From NCBI GenBank assembly GCA_038850615.1, contig JAWCLR010000003.1, positions 1,506 to 65,505 of the forward strand: a stretch of 64,000 nt of DNA, read 5' to 3'. Below, in pieces: positions 35,939 through 43,924 of the stretch; position 1 is the first letter of the stretch; every line of letters begins with the position of its first letter. The notes beneath the pieces are model-generated. The model made no database searches and was not told the origin of the DNA. It saw only the letters and a program-made list of their open reading frames with translations. Source of the stretch: Candidatus Woesearchaeota archaeon (GTDB lineage: Archaea; Nanobdellota; Nanobdellia; Woesearchaeales; ARS49). The translations under genes and the position numbers were made by a program.

Positions 35939-36262
35939 TCAACCTAACAATGACCTTACGACTTCTGCACTCGCGCAGTAGCCGACGCCATTGTAGTTTA
36001 TTCTTGCTGCGGTGTACGGGCTGAAATCAGGACCGTATTTCTCGCGGCCAGCCTGCCTCAATGCCTCAATACCCTCCGCGCTCAGCAAGACTTCTCCTGC
36101 ATTGCAACCCGCAATAGTCTGGTCGCTGATTCCAGGCCTCATTGCCAGCCCTGTAGTGCTTGTTTCATTGAACATCAGCAAAAGCCCTGCAAAACCAATA
36201 ACCGCGACAAGCACAACTGCGAGTAAGTGTTTTCCGCAGTGGCTCTCCTTGGTCTGCTCCAT
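35939..36262 (-). CDS. Small signal-anchored protein, dispersed member of the STTG family
   Basis: LLAVVLVAVIGFAGLLLMF-NETSTTG-...GCNAG...YCAS. Confidence 0.6.
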   Translation of the reverse strand: MEQTKESHCGKHLLAVVLVAVIGFAGLLLMFNETSTTGLAMRPGISDQTIAGCNAGEVLLSAEGIEALRQAGREKYGPDFSPYTAARINYNGVGYCASAEVVRSLLG

Positions 36263-36280
36263 TCTTTCACCTCAATCGTT

Positions 36281-36616
36281 TTACAATTTCAGCATTTCAC
36301 CATACTTGCCAATAATCGGCAACGGCTTTTCCTTGCCAGTGAGGGCATTAATGACCCCAAAAAGCCATAGTACAAACAGCAGGATTCCTCCAATTGGCAG
36401 GATGATAAACCAGCCAAGGAGGGGTATAACAATCCCCACCAAATAAAGGACAACCCATGCAACAAACAAAACAAGACTTTGCTTTGCATGATACATTGCA
36501 AACTTGTCATCCTTCTTTGCAAGCAGGACAATAATAAAGCCCACAATGTTCAGCAGGTATGCCAAGAAGGCAAACAATTTGCTTTCACCGGACACTTCTT
36601 TTGCCAAAATAATCAC
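36281..36616 (-). CDS. DUF4870-like small membrane protein
   Basis: AFLAYLLNIVGFIIVLLAKKDDKFAMYHAKQSLVLFVAW... Confidence 0.55.
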   Translation of the reverse strand: MIILAKEVSGESKLFAFLAYLLNIVGFIIVLLAKKDDKFAMYHAKQSLVLFVAWVVLYLVGIVIPLLGWFIILPIGGILLFVLWLFGVINALTGKEKPLPIIGKYGEMLKL

Positions 36617-36660
36617 CTCGTGTTTTAGACGATAAAAAAAGCCGCAGTATAAAAGCGTTT

Positions 36661-37944
36661 CTAAAGCCCGATGCTTGCAATGAGCTTGTCCTTGTCAAAA
36701 GCCTGCAGGTCAGCATATTCTTGCCCAACGCCAAGATAGAGAATTGGCTTCTTGGTAACATAACTGACTGATATTGCTGCACCGCCCTTCTCATCAACAT
36801 CTGCCTTTGCAAGAATAATTCCATCAATCCCAATGGCATTGTCAAACTGTCTTGCCTGTTCAATGCAGTCATTACCAGTAATGCTCTCGCCGACAAACAA
36901 TTTTAGGTCGGGCTTTGCAACCCTCATTATCTTCTTCATTTCATCCATCAGGTTTGTGTTTGAGTGCAGTCTTCCTGCGGTGTCAATCAGGACAACATCC
37001 TTCTTGGTGGCTTCTGCGTGCTTGATTGCATCAAAGGCAACAGCCGCAGGGTCAGAACCGTAATCATGCCTTATCAGCTTGACCCCGAGCTTGTCAGCAT
37101 GCAATTGCAACTGGTCAATTGCTGCAGCACGGAATGTGTCAGCAGCAGCAAGCACAACAGAATAACCGTTCTGCTTGAGCAAATGCGCAACTTTCGCTAT
37201 TGAAGTCGTCTTTCCAGAGCCATTCACTCCGACAAAGCATATCACGAAAGGCTTTTTCTTTCCCACCATCTTCAGGAGGTCAGGCGGCTCAACAGGAAAC
37301 AAGTCAGAAATGCTCCTCCTCAATGAACTTACTATTGTGTCCTCAACCCTGCCTCTTGGAATTGGCTTTTCAACAAGCTCTGACTTCAAATCAGACTTTA
37401 TCTTTTCAATGACCTCAACCGCGGCATTGTTCTCAAGCAATGCGAGCTCCATTTCCCAGAACATTTCATCAAACTGCTTTTCGCTGATTTTTTTTGTTGT
37501 TATTGCTTCCTTGATTCTTGCAAAAAAGCCCTTTTTTTCCTCAACAACCTTTTCCTCCTCGACTTTCGGGACAGAAACTTCAGCTTTTTTCTCTTCAACC
37601 TTTGGCTTTTCAACCTCTGCTTTCAGGACTTCTGCTTTTCTCTCCTCAATCCTCGGCTTTTCAGGCATTACTTTTGGTTCTGCAACTTCAACCTTGGGAG
37701 CAACTTCCGGTTTTTTCTCGCCTGCTTTCGGCTTCTTTGCCTTTGATTCTGGCTTCTTCTCAACAACCTTTGGCTTTTCTTCCTTGATAGGCTTCTTTGC
37801 AGGCTTCTCAGCCTTCTTCACCTCCTTGACATGCTTCTTTGCTTCTTTCTCTATCTCAACAATCTCTTCCTTTGCCTCTGTTTCAACCTTTTTAGTGAAT
37901 TTTGAAACAAGGCTCTTAAGCTTGTCCTTCAAGAATCCAAACAT
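36661..37944 (-). CDS. ftsY: Signal recognition particle receptor FtsY
   Basis: Lys/Glu-rich N-terminal domain, then GVNGSGKTTSIAK, DTFRAAAIDQL, DTAGRLH, LAKADVDEKGG. Ends in TAG. Confidence 0.9.
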   Translation of the reverse strand: MFGFLKDKLKSLVSKFTKKVETEAKEEIVEIEKEAKKHVKEVKKAEKPAKKPIKEEKPKVVEKKPESKAKKPKAGEKKPEVAPKVEVAEPKVMPEKPRIEERKAEVLKAEVEKPKVEEKKAEVSVPKVEEEKVVEEKKGFFARIKEAITTKKISEKQFDEMFWEMELALLENNAAVEVIEKIKSDLKSELVEKPIPRGRVEDTIVSSLRRSISDLFPVEPPDLLKMVGKKKPFVICFVGVNGSGKTTSIAKVAHLLKQNGYSVVLAAADTFRAAAIDQLQLHADKLGVKLIRHDYGSDPAAVAFDAIKHAEATKKDVVLIDTAGRLHSNTNLMDEMKKIMRVAKPDLKLFVGESITGNDCIEQARQFDNAIGIDGIILAKADVDEKGGAAISVSYVTKKPILYLGVGQEYADLQAFDKDKLIASIGL

Positions 37945-37946
37945 GC

Positions 37947-38390
37947 TTACTCACCTGTCAGTTCCTGCAATTCGCGCTGCAATTCTGCAGCCCTTTCTGC
38001 CATCTTTTCAAACTGCTCAATCATTTCTGCCTGGAACTTCCTCATATCAACAGCCTGCTCCTCAAGCATCGCCTTTGTCGAAGGAATGTCCTTTTTCACA
38101 ACAGTGCTTCCGCCAACATTGACAGCAAGGCTCTTGTTGTCCTCAAGCCTTGCCTTTACAAATATGCCGTTGCTAATCGGCACAAACATCTCAGAACCCG
38201 TCCTGCTTGCCGCGAGCTCGTCAAGGCTTTTGCGCACTTCCTCTATCTCAGCAACCTGCCTTTCAACAGCTTCAACCTGCTTCTGCACCTGCTTCATCTG
38301 TTGGTCAAGCAATTGCAGTTCAAAGTATTTTTGCTGCAACTTCTTGGCATTCTCTCCCTTCTTCTTGTCTTCCTTCTCCGTCATTTTCAT
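37947..38390 (-). CDS. pfdA: Prefoldin alpha subunit
   Basis: Two coiled-coil arms flank ...MFVPISNGIFVKARLEDNKSLAVNVGGSTVVKKD.... Lies immediately upstream of ftsY, as in many archaea. Confidence 0.8.
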   Translation of the reverse strand: MKMTEKEDKKKGENAKKLQQKYFELQLLDQQMKQVQKQVEAVERQVAEIEEVRKSLDELAASRTGSEMFVPISNGIFVKARLEDNKSLAVNVGGSTVVKKDIPSTKAMLEEQAVDMRKFQAEMIEQFEKMAERAAELQRELQELTGE

Positions 38391-38557
38391 TCCAGCTTTT
38401 TCAACAAATCCTCAAGGAAATGAACATAATCATGCCCGCCCTTTAAGAAACTAAGGGGCAAATCAACAAGCAGCGTCTTCCTGTCACGCTTATAATGCTC
38501 CAATTCCTTCTGCACCACAAATCTCAAAAACTTTTTTTCGTCGCTCGTAAGCGTCAT
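38387..38557 (-). CDS. 56-aa hypothetical protein, translationally coupled on both sides
   Basis: MTLTSDEKKFLRFVVQKELEHYKRDRKTLLVDLPLSFLKGGHDYVHFLEDLLKKLE, with ATGA overlaps to both scpA and pfdA. Below the ORF-track cut-off. Confidence 0.45.
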   Translation of the reverse strand: MTLTSDEKKFLRFVVQKELEHYKRDRKTLLVDLPLSFLKGGHDYVHFLEDLLKKLE

Positions 38558-39303
38558 TTTCCTTCCTCCGGCTGCGAGATTTCAATCTCGCCAAAATGCT
38601 CTTTCTGCCCAAGCTCAACCTTGCTCTCGTTCGCAAGGTGAAGCAACGGGATAAAAGTGTAAACCTTGTCCTCCTTTTTATTTGTCGGCACAAGCGAGGA
38701 AAAAGTGAGCTTTCTTTTCCCGCCTGCAAAAATGCTCAACAGTTTTGCATACAAAGACCTCATTGCCGCAGTAATGTCAAGCTTTTTCTCAGGAACAACA
38801 ACATTCACTTCGTGCAAGGAATTGAACAATCTGCGCTTCTTGACCTCCAACGCCTTTTCCAAAGCCCTGACAAGGTCATAAACAGAAACCTTTCTCTTCC
38901 TCGGCTGCGGCAACCTTGGAATAAGCTCCAAGGTCTGGTCCTGCATTCCTGCCACCTCGCCCTTTGCAAGCGCCTGTTCGAGCTCGTCATAGAACTGCTC
39001 CTCAGAAATATCGCTTGCTGCCAAGAGGCGATCAAACTCGTCCATGTCTTCGCCAACAAGCCTCTTACTCTTGATTTTCAAAAGAATTGCAGCAGCCAGA
39101 AGAACCTTGCCTGAAACTTTCAGGTTTGTTTCCTTCAATTGCTTAATCCTCTCAATATACCTTTGCGTAAGAACTCCTATATCAATATCCCAAGGATTCA
39201 TCTGTTCGCTGTTAACAAGATCCAACAGAATGCTCTTCCAACTAATATCGTCACTCTCAACAATAATCTGGTAAAGCTTTTCCTGCATACTCAAGCTTAA
39301 CAA
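38554..39303 (-). CDS. scpA: Segregation and condensation protein A (kleisin)
   Basis: ...ILLDLVNSEQMNPWDIDIGVLTQRYIERIKQLKETNLKVSGKVLLAAAILLKIKSKRL... Confidence 0.8.
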   Translation of the reverse strand: MLSLSMQEKLYQIIVESDDISWKSILLDLVNSEQMNPWDIDIGVLTQRYIERIKQLKETNLKVSGKVLLAAAILLKIKSKRLVGEDMDEFDRLLAASDISEEQFYDELEQALAKGEVAGMQDQTLELIPRLPQPRKRKVSVYDLVRALEKALEVKKRRLFNSLHEVNVVVPEKKLDITAAMRSLYAKLLSIFAGGKRKLTFSSLVPTNKKEDKVYTFIPLLHLANESKVELGQKEHFGEIEISQPEEGK

Positions 39304-39344
39304 GGATTAGTTATATAAAGGTATTGTGAGAGTATATTGAATAC

Positions 39345-39417
39345 GAGCCCGTAGTTTAGCGGTTATAACGCCTCGTTTACACCGAGGAGGTCGCCAGTTC
39401 GAATCTGGCCGGGCTCA
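39345..39417 (+). tRNA. tRNA-Val(TAC)
   Basis: GAGCCCG/CGGGCTC acceptor, anticodon stem CCTCG/CGAGG with loop TTTACAC, T-arm GCCAGTTCGAATCTGGC. TATA-like TTATATAAAG lies ~28 nt upstream. Confidence 0.9.
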
Positions 39418-39483
39418 TCAAAGCAAAGCATTCTAACACAACATAAGTCTCGAACTGGCGATAGACCAACCTCAGTTGGGCGT

Positions 39484-39512
39484 GTCGCCAGTTCGAATCT
39501 GGCCGGGCTCAT
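39484..39512 (+). repeat. Perfect 29-nt second copy of the tRNA-Val 3' end (T-arm plus acceptor 3' strand)
   Basis: GTCGCCAGTTCGAATCTGGCCGGGCTCAT occurs at 39390-39418 and at 39484-39512. The antisense 12-mer TCGAACTGGCGA at 39450-39461 lies between them. Confidence 0.85.
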
Positions 39513-39698
39513 GAGTTAAGCGAATGGGCACGGACAGGCTCGTCAACCGCAGTTGACCGCTGTCTGGTCGGGCTCGTGAAAACTTTCGGAATAAATGCTA
39601 TAAATTGGGCGGCTCTGCCACAGAGACCAACCATAAACGGGTTTTATAAGAAAACTTAAAAAGCAACCACTATCCAACGAGTGAGTATTATATAGTTC

Positions 39699-39769
39699 GC
39701 GCCTGTGGTTTAGTGGTAGAATACGACCTTGCCAAGGTTGAGACGCGGGTTCGATTCCCGCCAGGCGCA
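39699..39769 (+). tRNA. tRNA-Gly(GCC)
   Basis: GCGCCTG/CAGGCGC acceptor, anticodon stem CGACC/GGTTG with loop TTGCCAA, T-arm GCGGGTTCGATTCCCGC. Confidence 0.9.
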
Positions 39770-39840
39770 TCGGCGCACAGCGGACCTGAAAATCCCAGAC
39801 GAGCAATGCGAGTTGGAATTTTCATTACCTGCCAGGCGCA
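39770..39840 (+). repeat. Second copy of the hairpin element plus a repeat of the tRNA-Gly 3' end
   Basis: TGAAAATCCC (39787-39796) / GGAATTTTCA (39815-39824). GCCAGGCGCA occurs at 39760-39769 and 39831-39840 (13 nt with one mismatch). Confidence 0.8.
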
Positions 39841-39851
39841 CACATCTCTTT

Positions 39852-40283
39852 TTATTCCAATAATGCCTTCAACTTCCTGAACGCATCCTCCTGGGTATCC
39901 CACTCAAGCCGTTTTAGTGCATCATCAAACGAAACCCACTGAAAGTCGTCATGCTCCTTGCAGACATTAACATCAAGGCGCACTTTGGCATCAGGAGTGA
40001 CTTCAAAACAGAAAACGTGCTCTGTAATTGGATTTCCCTTATCAAGCCACGTGAATACATGCACGTTCTCAATAACCCTAATGACGCCCCTTTTTCCAAT
40101 TCCTGTTTCTTCAAGCATTTCACGATACGCTGCATCCTTGATTGAAGCATCGGTGCTTTCAACGCTTCCTGTTATCGGCTGCCAACTGCCACTCCCAATG
40201 CGCTTTAGCAGAAGAAACTCATATTCGTTGTTTTTCTTACGAAAAAGTATGCAGTTGACTTTGGTGTCCTTGCTCATAATCAA
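39852..40283 (-). CDS. NUDIX hydrolase
   Basis: NUDIX box GSVESTDASIKDAAYREMLEETGI. Confidence 0.8.
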   Translation of the reverse strand: MIMSKDTKVNCILFRKKNNEYEFLLLKRIGSGSWQPITGSVESTDASIKDAAYREMLEETGIGKRGVIRVIENVHVFTWLDKGNPITEHVFCFEVTPDAKVRLDVNVCKEHDDFQWVSFDDALKRLEWDTQEDAFRKLKALLE

Positions 40284-40345
40284 TAGGGAAATGCGACCAG
40301 TTAATAAATAATTTTATATAAGCCCCATCAGTTTTATAGCACAAT

Positions 40346-40457
40346 GGCCCTTTAGCTCAGTCCGGTAGAGCAACGGTCTTATATGACCGCTGACGGAACA
40401 AGAAGTCAATGGCTCTAAGAGCACCGTCGGTCGCCGGTTCAAATCCGGCAGGGGCCA
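40346..40457 (+). tRNA. tRNA-Ile(TAT) with a 38-nt intron at 37/38
   Basis: Acceptor GGCCCTT/AGGGGCC, D-arm GCTCAGTCCGGTAGAGC, anticodon stem ACGGT...ACCGT, loop CTTATA|intron|C, T-arm GCCGGTTCAAATCCGGC. The spliced length is 74 nt. Confidence 0.7.
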
Positions 40458-40513
40458 CTTTTATTTTTTTGTGCGATACCTTTTTAAAACAGCCAAGTTC
40501 TTATTGGCATATT

Positions 40514-40607
40514 GCCCCTGTCGTCTAGTCCGGCCAAGGATAAGGGCCTTTCGTGCGGCAAAACGCAAGGAAAGCCTTTGACACGGGTTCAAATCCCGTC
40601 GGGGGCA
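40514..40607 (+). tRNA. tRNA-Glu(TTC) with a 19-nt intron at 37/38
   Basis: The body is near-identical to tRNA-Glu(CTC). Anticodon stem AGGGC...GCCTT, loop CTTTCG|intron|A. Confidence 0.85.
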
Positions 40608-40734
40608 TATGATTGTCCGCGAAGAATTGCTTGGCTACTACACCAAAAGCAAAGCAGAAATCCAAAAAGCAATTGCAAGATACCGCGAACTGAAGGCATT
40701 ATTTGAATAGTATAATGACAAGGAACTTCTTGAA

Positions 40735-41088
40735 ATGCTGCAAGATGTTGTTGACGCATGCAGAAAATACGTCGAGGCAGTCATCAGGATGGAATACAAG
40801 GCGGGAGAAATAAAGAAAAGATACGGCGACAACCCTACAGCGTGGAAACTGGAAATAGAACCGCTTGACGAGGCAAGACGCATAGCACACAACCCACTGA
40901 TTTCACATTTGGTGGCATTCAACCGCAATGCTGCAAAAAAATACAGCTGGCAGCCAAAAGGTAAAATGCCAATAGGCGGAATTTTCACGCTTGAACCGGA
41001 ATTATTATCAAACCCATATTCTACCTTTTCACGCGGAGAAATCGCAAACTGGGCATTTTATCTCTCAATCAGTCTGGGAATGGAGTGA
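40735..41088 (+). CDS. Hypothetical protein (the reading frame continues upstream across one TAG)
   Basis: 117-aa ORF. The same frame is open from the ATG at 40609 apart from a TAG at 40708-40710. Confidence 0.45.
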   Translation: MLQDVVDACRKYVEAVIRMEYKAGEIKKRYGDNPTAWKLEIEPLDEARRIAHNPLISHLVAFNRNAAKKYSWQPKGKMPIGGIFTLEPELLSNPYSTFSRGEIANWAFYLSISLGME

Positions 41089-41123
41089 AGTTTTTTAAAA
41101 TAGGTGGCCAGTTATAATATTCT

Positions 41124-41393
41124 ATGGCAGAAGCAACAAGAGGCAATATTGAGTGGCTGTTGCAGGAAGACCCAAGCCTTTTTTCTGCGCTTGCAGAAAA
41201 GGCAAGCCAACTAATTATGCATCCAGAGCAAAGATTACAGTTGCGTGATGAATTCAGCGACCTGGTTGAGAGATACAACAACATAGCAAAAAAAAAGCAG
41301 GAGAATGCACATATATTCCACCTAATGAACTCGTCCAATTCGCGGCAGACATCTGCGCATACTTCTGGGAAAACCGAAGCAAATAAACAATAA
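41124..41393 (+). CDS. Hypothetical protein
   Basis: 89-aa ORF with no recognisable motif. Confidence 0.35.
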   Translation: MAEATRGNIEWLLQEDPSLFSALAEKASQLIMHPEQRLQLRDEFSDLVERYNNIAKKKQENAHIFHLMNSSNSRQTSAHTSGKTEANKQ

Positions 41394-41467
41394 AATCTGT
41401 TAGCCACCAATCAATAACACAGATTACTCCGCAAGATATATAAATGAAACATTTGCAAGGCATATTT

Positions 41468-41578
41468 ATGAAACGTTCTTCGCGACGCTGGAAGAAAAAA
41501 GGGCAGATGCGCTGGAAATGGCAGAGAAAGCGCATGAAGAAGGAAAAGAGAAAGCGCAAACAAAGAGCAACAGCGTAA
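41468..41578 (+). CDS. rpl41e: Ribosomal protein L41e (eL41)
   Basis: 36 aa, MKRSSRRWKKKGQMRWKWQRKRMKKEKRKRKQRATA, which is the characteristic Arg/Lys/Trp peptide. Below the ORF-track cut-off. Confidence 0.7.
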   Translation: MKRSSRRWKKKGQMRWKWQRKRMKKEKRKRKQRATA

Positions 41579-41619
41579 AATTCTGTGTGTATTCTTTTTC
41601 CCACACCTTTACCAAAAAC

Positions 41620-41629
41620 TTTATAAATA
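41620..41629 (+). promoter_or_regulatory. Candidate rRNA-operon promoter (TATA box TTTATAAATA with an A-rich BRE-like upstream segment)
   Basis: ACCAAAAACTTTATAAATAACC lies ~290 nt upstream of the 16S 5' end, with no ORF in between. Confidence 0.4.
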
Positions 41630-41916
41630 ACCTACTAAATCCTAATTAGCATCAACGCCAAGCGCCGGTAAATCATTCCGGCAAGCTTTCTGTCCTCGGG
41701 AAAACTGAGGATGCCTACCAAAAACACGGTAGGAATGAGTGTCTCAGCTGAGCCTGAGGCATGATGGAGGGCAGCAATAGAACCCAAAAGCCAAATTCCA
41801 TTTTAGTCTGATGCGACCACAAATGTGGGAAGGGTTAACGACGAGGCTCCATTGATTCGTCAATGGTCATATCGTCTTGACATAACTTTCCTCAGGAGAA
41901 AACTCCGACATCACAG

Positions 41917-43382
<1,466 letters not shown>

Positions 43383-43471
43383 AATTTACTTTAAAGGACG
43401 GAGTCCATTGCTGCGAGCAACTTCGAAATTCCATCCGCAGACTCCGAGTGGAGCGAAGCGGAACGAGGTTG

Positions 43472-43496
43472 CCTGCGGATGGATCACCTCCTAATT
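43472..43496 (+). repeat. Perfect 25-nt duplicate of the 16S 3' terminus, including the anti-Shine-Dalgarno sequence
   Basis: CCTGCGGATGGATCACCTCCTAATT occurs at 43362-43386 and at 43472-43496. The antisense TCCATCCGCAG at 43430-43440 lies between them. Confidence 0.85.
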
Positions 43497-43606
43497 CGTT
43501 TACTCGTGTATTCGTACACGCGTTAACTCGGCTGAAGGTTTTGCTGCCCTCCTTTTTTGTTTTCACGGATCCGCTGAGTCGGGTCCTTGAAGAGTGCAAG
43601 ACTTCC

Positions 43607-43699
43607 GGGCCCGTAGCTCAACGGTAGAGCACCTGCCTTGCAGGAAACAAATGTTTCCAGGAGCGCGGGAGGCTTCGGGTTCAAATCCCGACGGGTCCA
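43607..43699 (+). tRNA. tRNA-Ala(TGC) with a 21-nt intron, in the 16S-23S spacer
   Basis: GGGCCCG/CGGGTCC acceptor with G3:U70, anticodon stem CCTGC...GCGGG, loop CTTGCA|intron|C. Confidence 0.85.
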
Positions 43700-43924
43700 T
43701 CCATCCGAGTATCACATTCATCATTTCATTCGATGAACGCAAATCGCGATTCTAACTAATCGCGGTTGAAGGGCAATAGGCTGTAGGAGCGCATAATGCA
43801 AGACGTAAGACGCACGACGCATAAAAAAAGCGGCCGGCGTCAAGCGCAAGGCGTCCTGCGCGCCCAATAACCACACCTACTACATGCTAATGACGGCCGT
43901 GCAAAGATTGAGATCATATCTGGT

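Noticed and set aside
37175-38122. A 315-aa plus-strand ORF, rich in Ser/Phe/Thr.
   Set aside because: It is a shadow ORF antisense to ftsY and pfdA, which have clear motifs. Its low-complexity composition mirrors the Lys/Glu-rich ftsY N-domain.
39418-39484. An integrated provirus or plasmid between the tRNA-Val direct repeats.
   Set aside because: Only 65 nt separate the repeats, and no integrase or other gene is present. At most this is a scar.
40708-40710. The in-frame TAG as a possible pyrrolysine codon or stop-codon reassignment.
   Set aside because: TAG terminates ftsY at a natural C-terminus, no pyl genes are in view, and a nonsense mutation or separate ORFs is the simpler reading.
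41755-41815. A possible C/D-box sRNA in the 16S leader (ATGATGG ... CTGA about 50 nt apart).
   Set aside because: The C box is imperfect, there are no clear C'/D' boxes or terminal stem, and no guide complementarity could be assessed.
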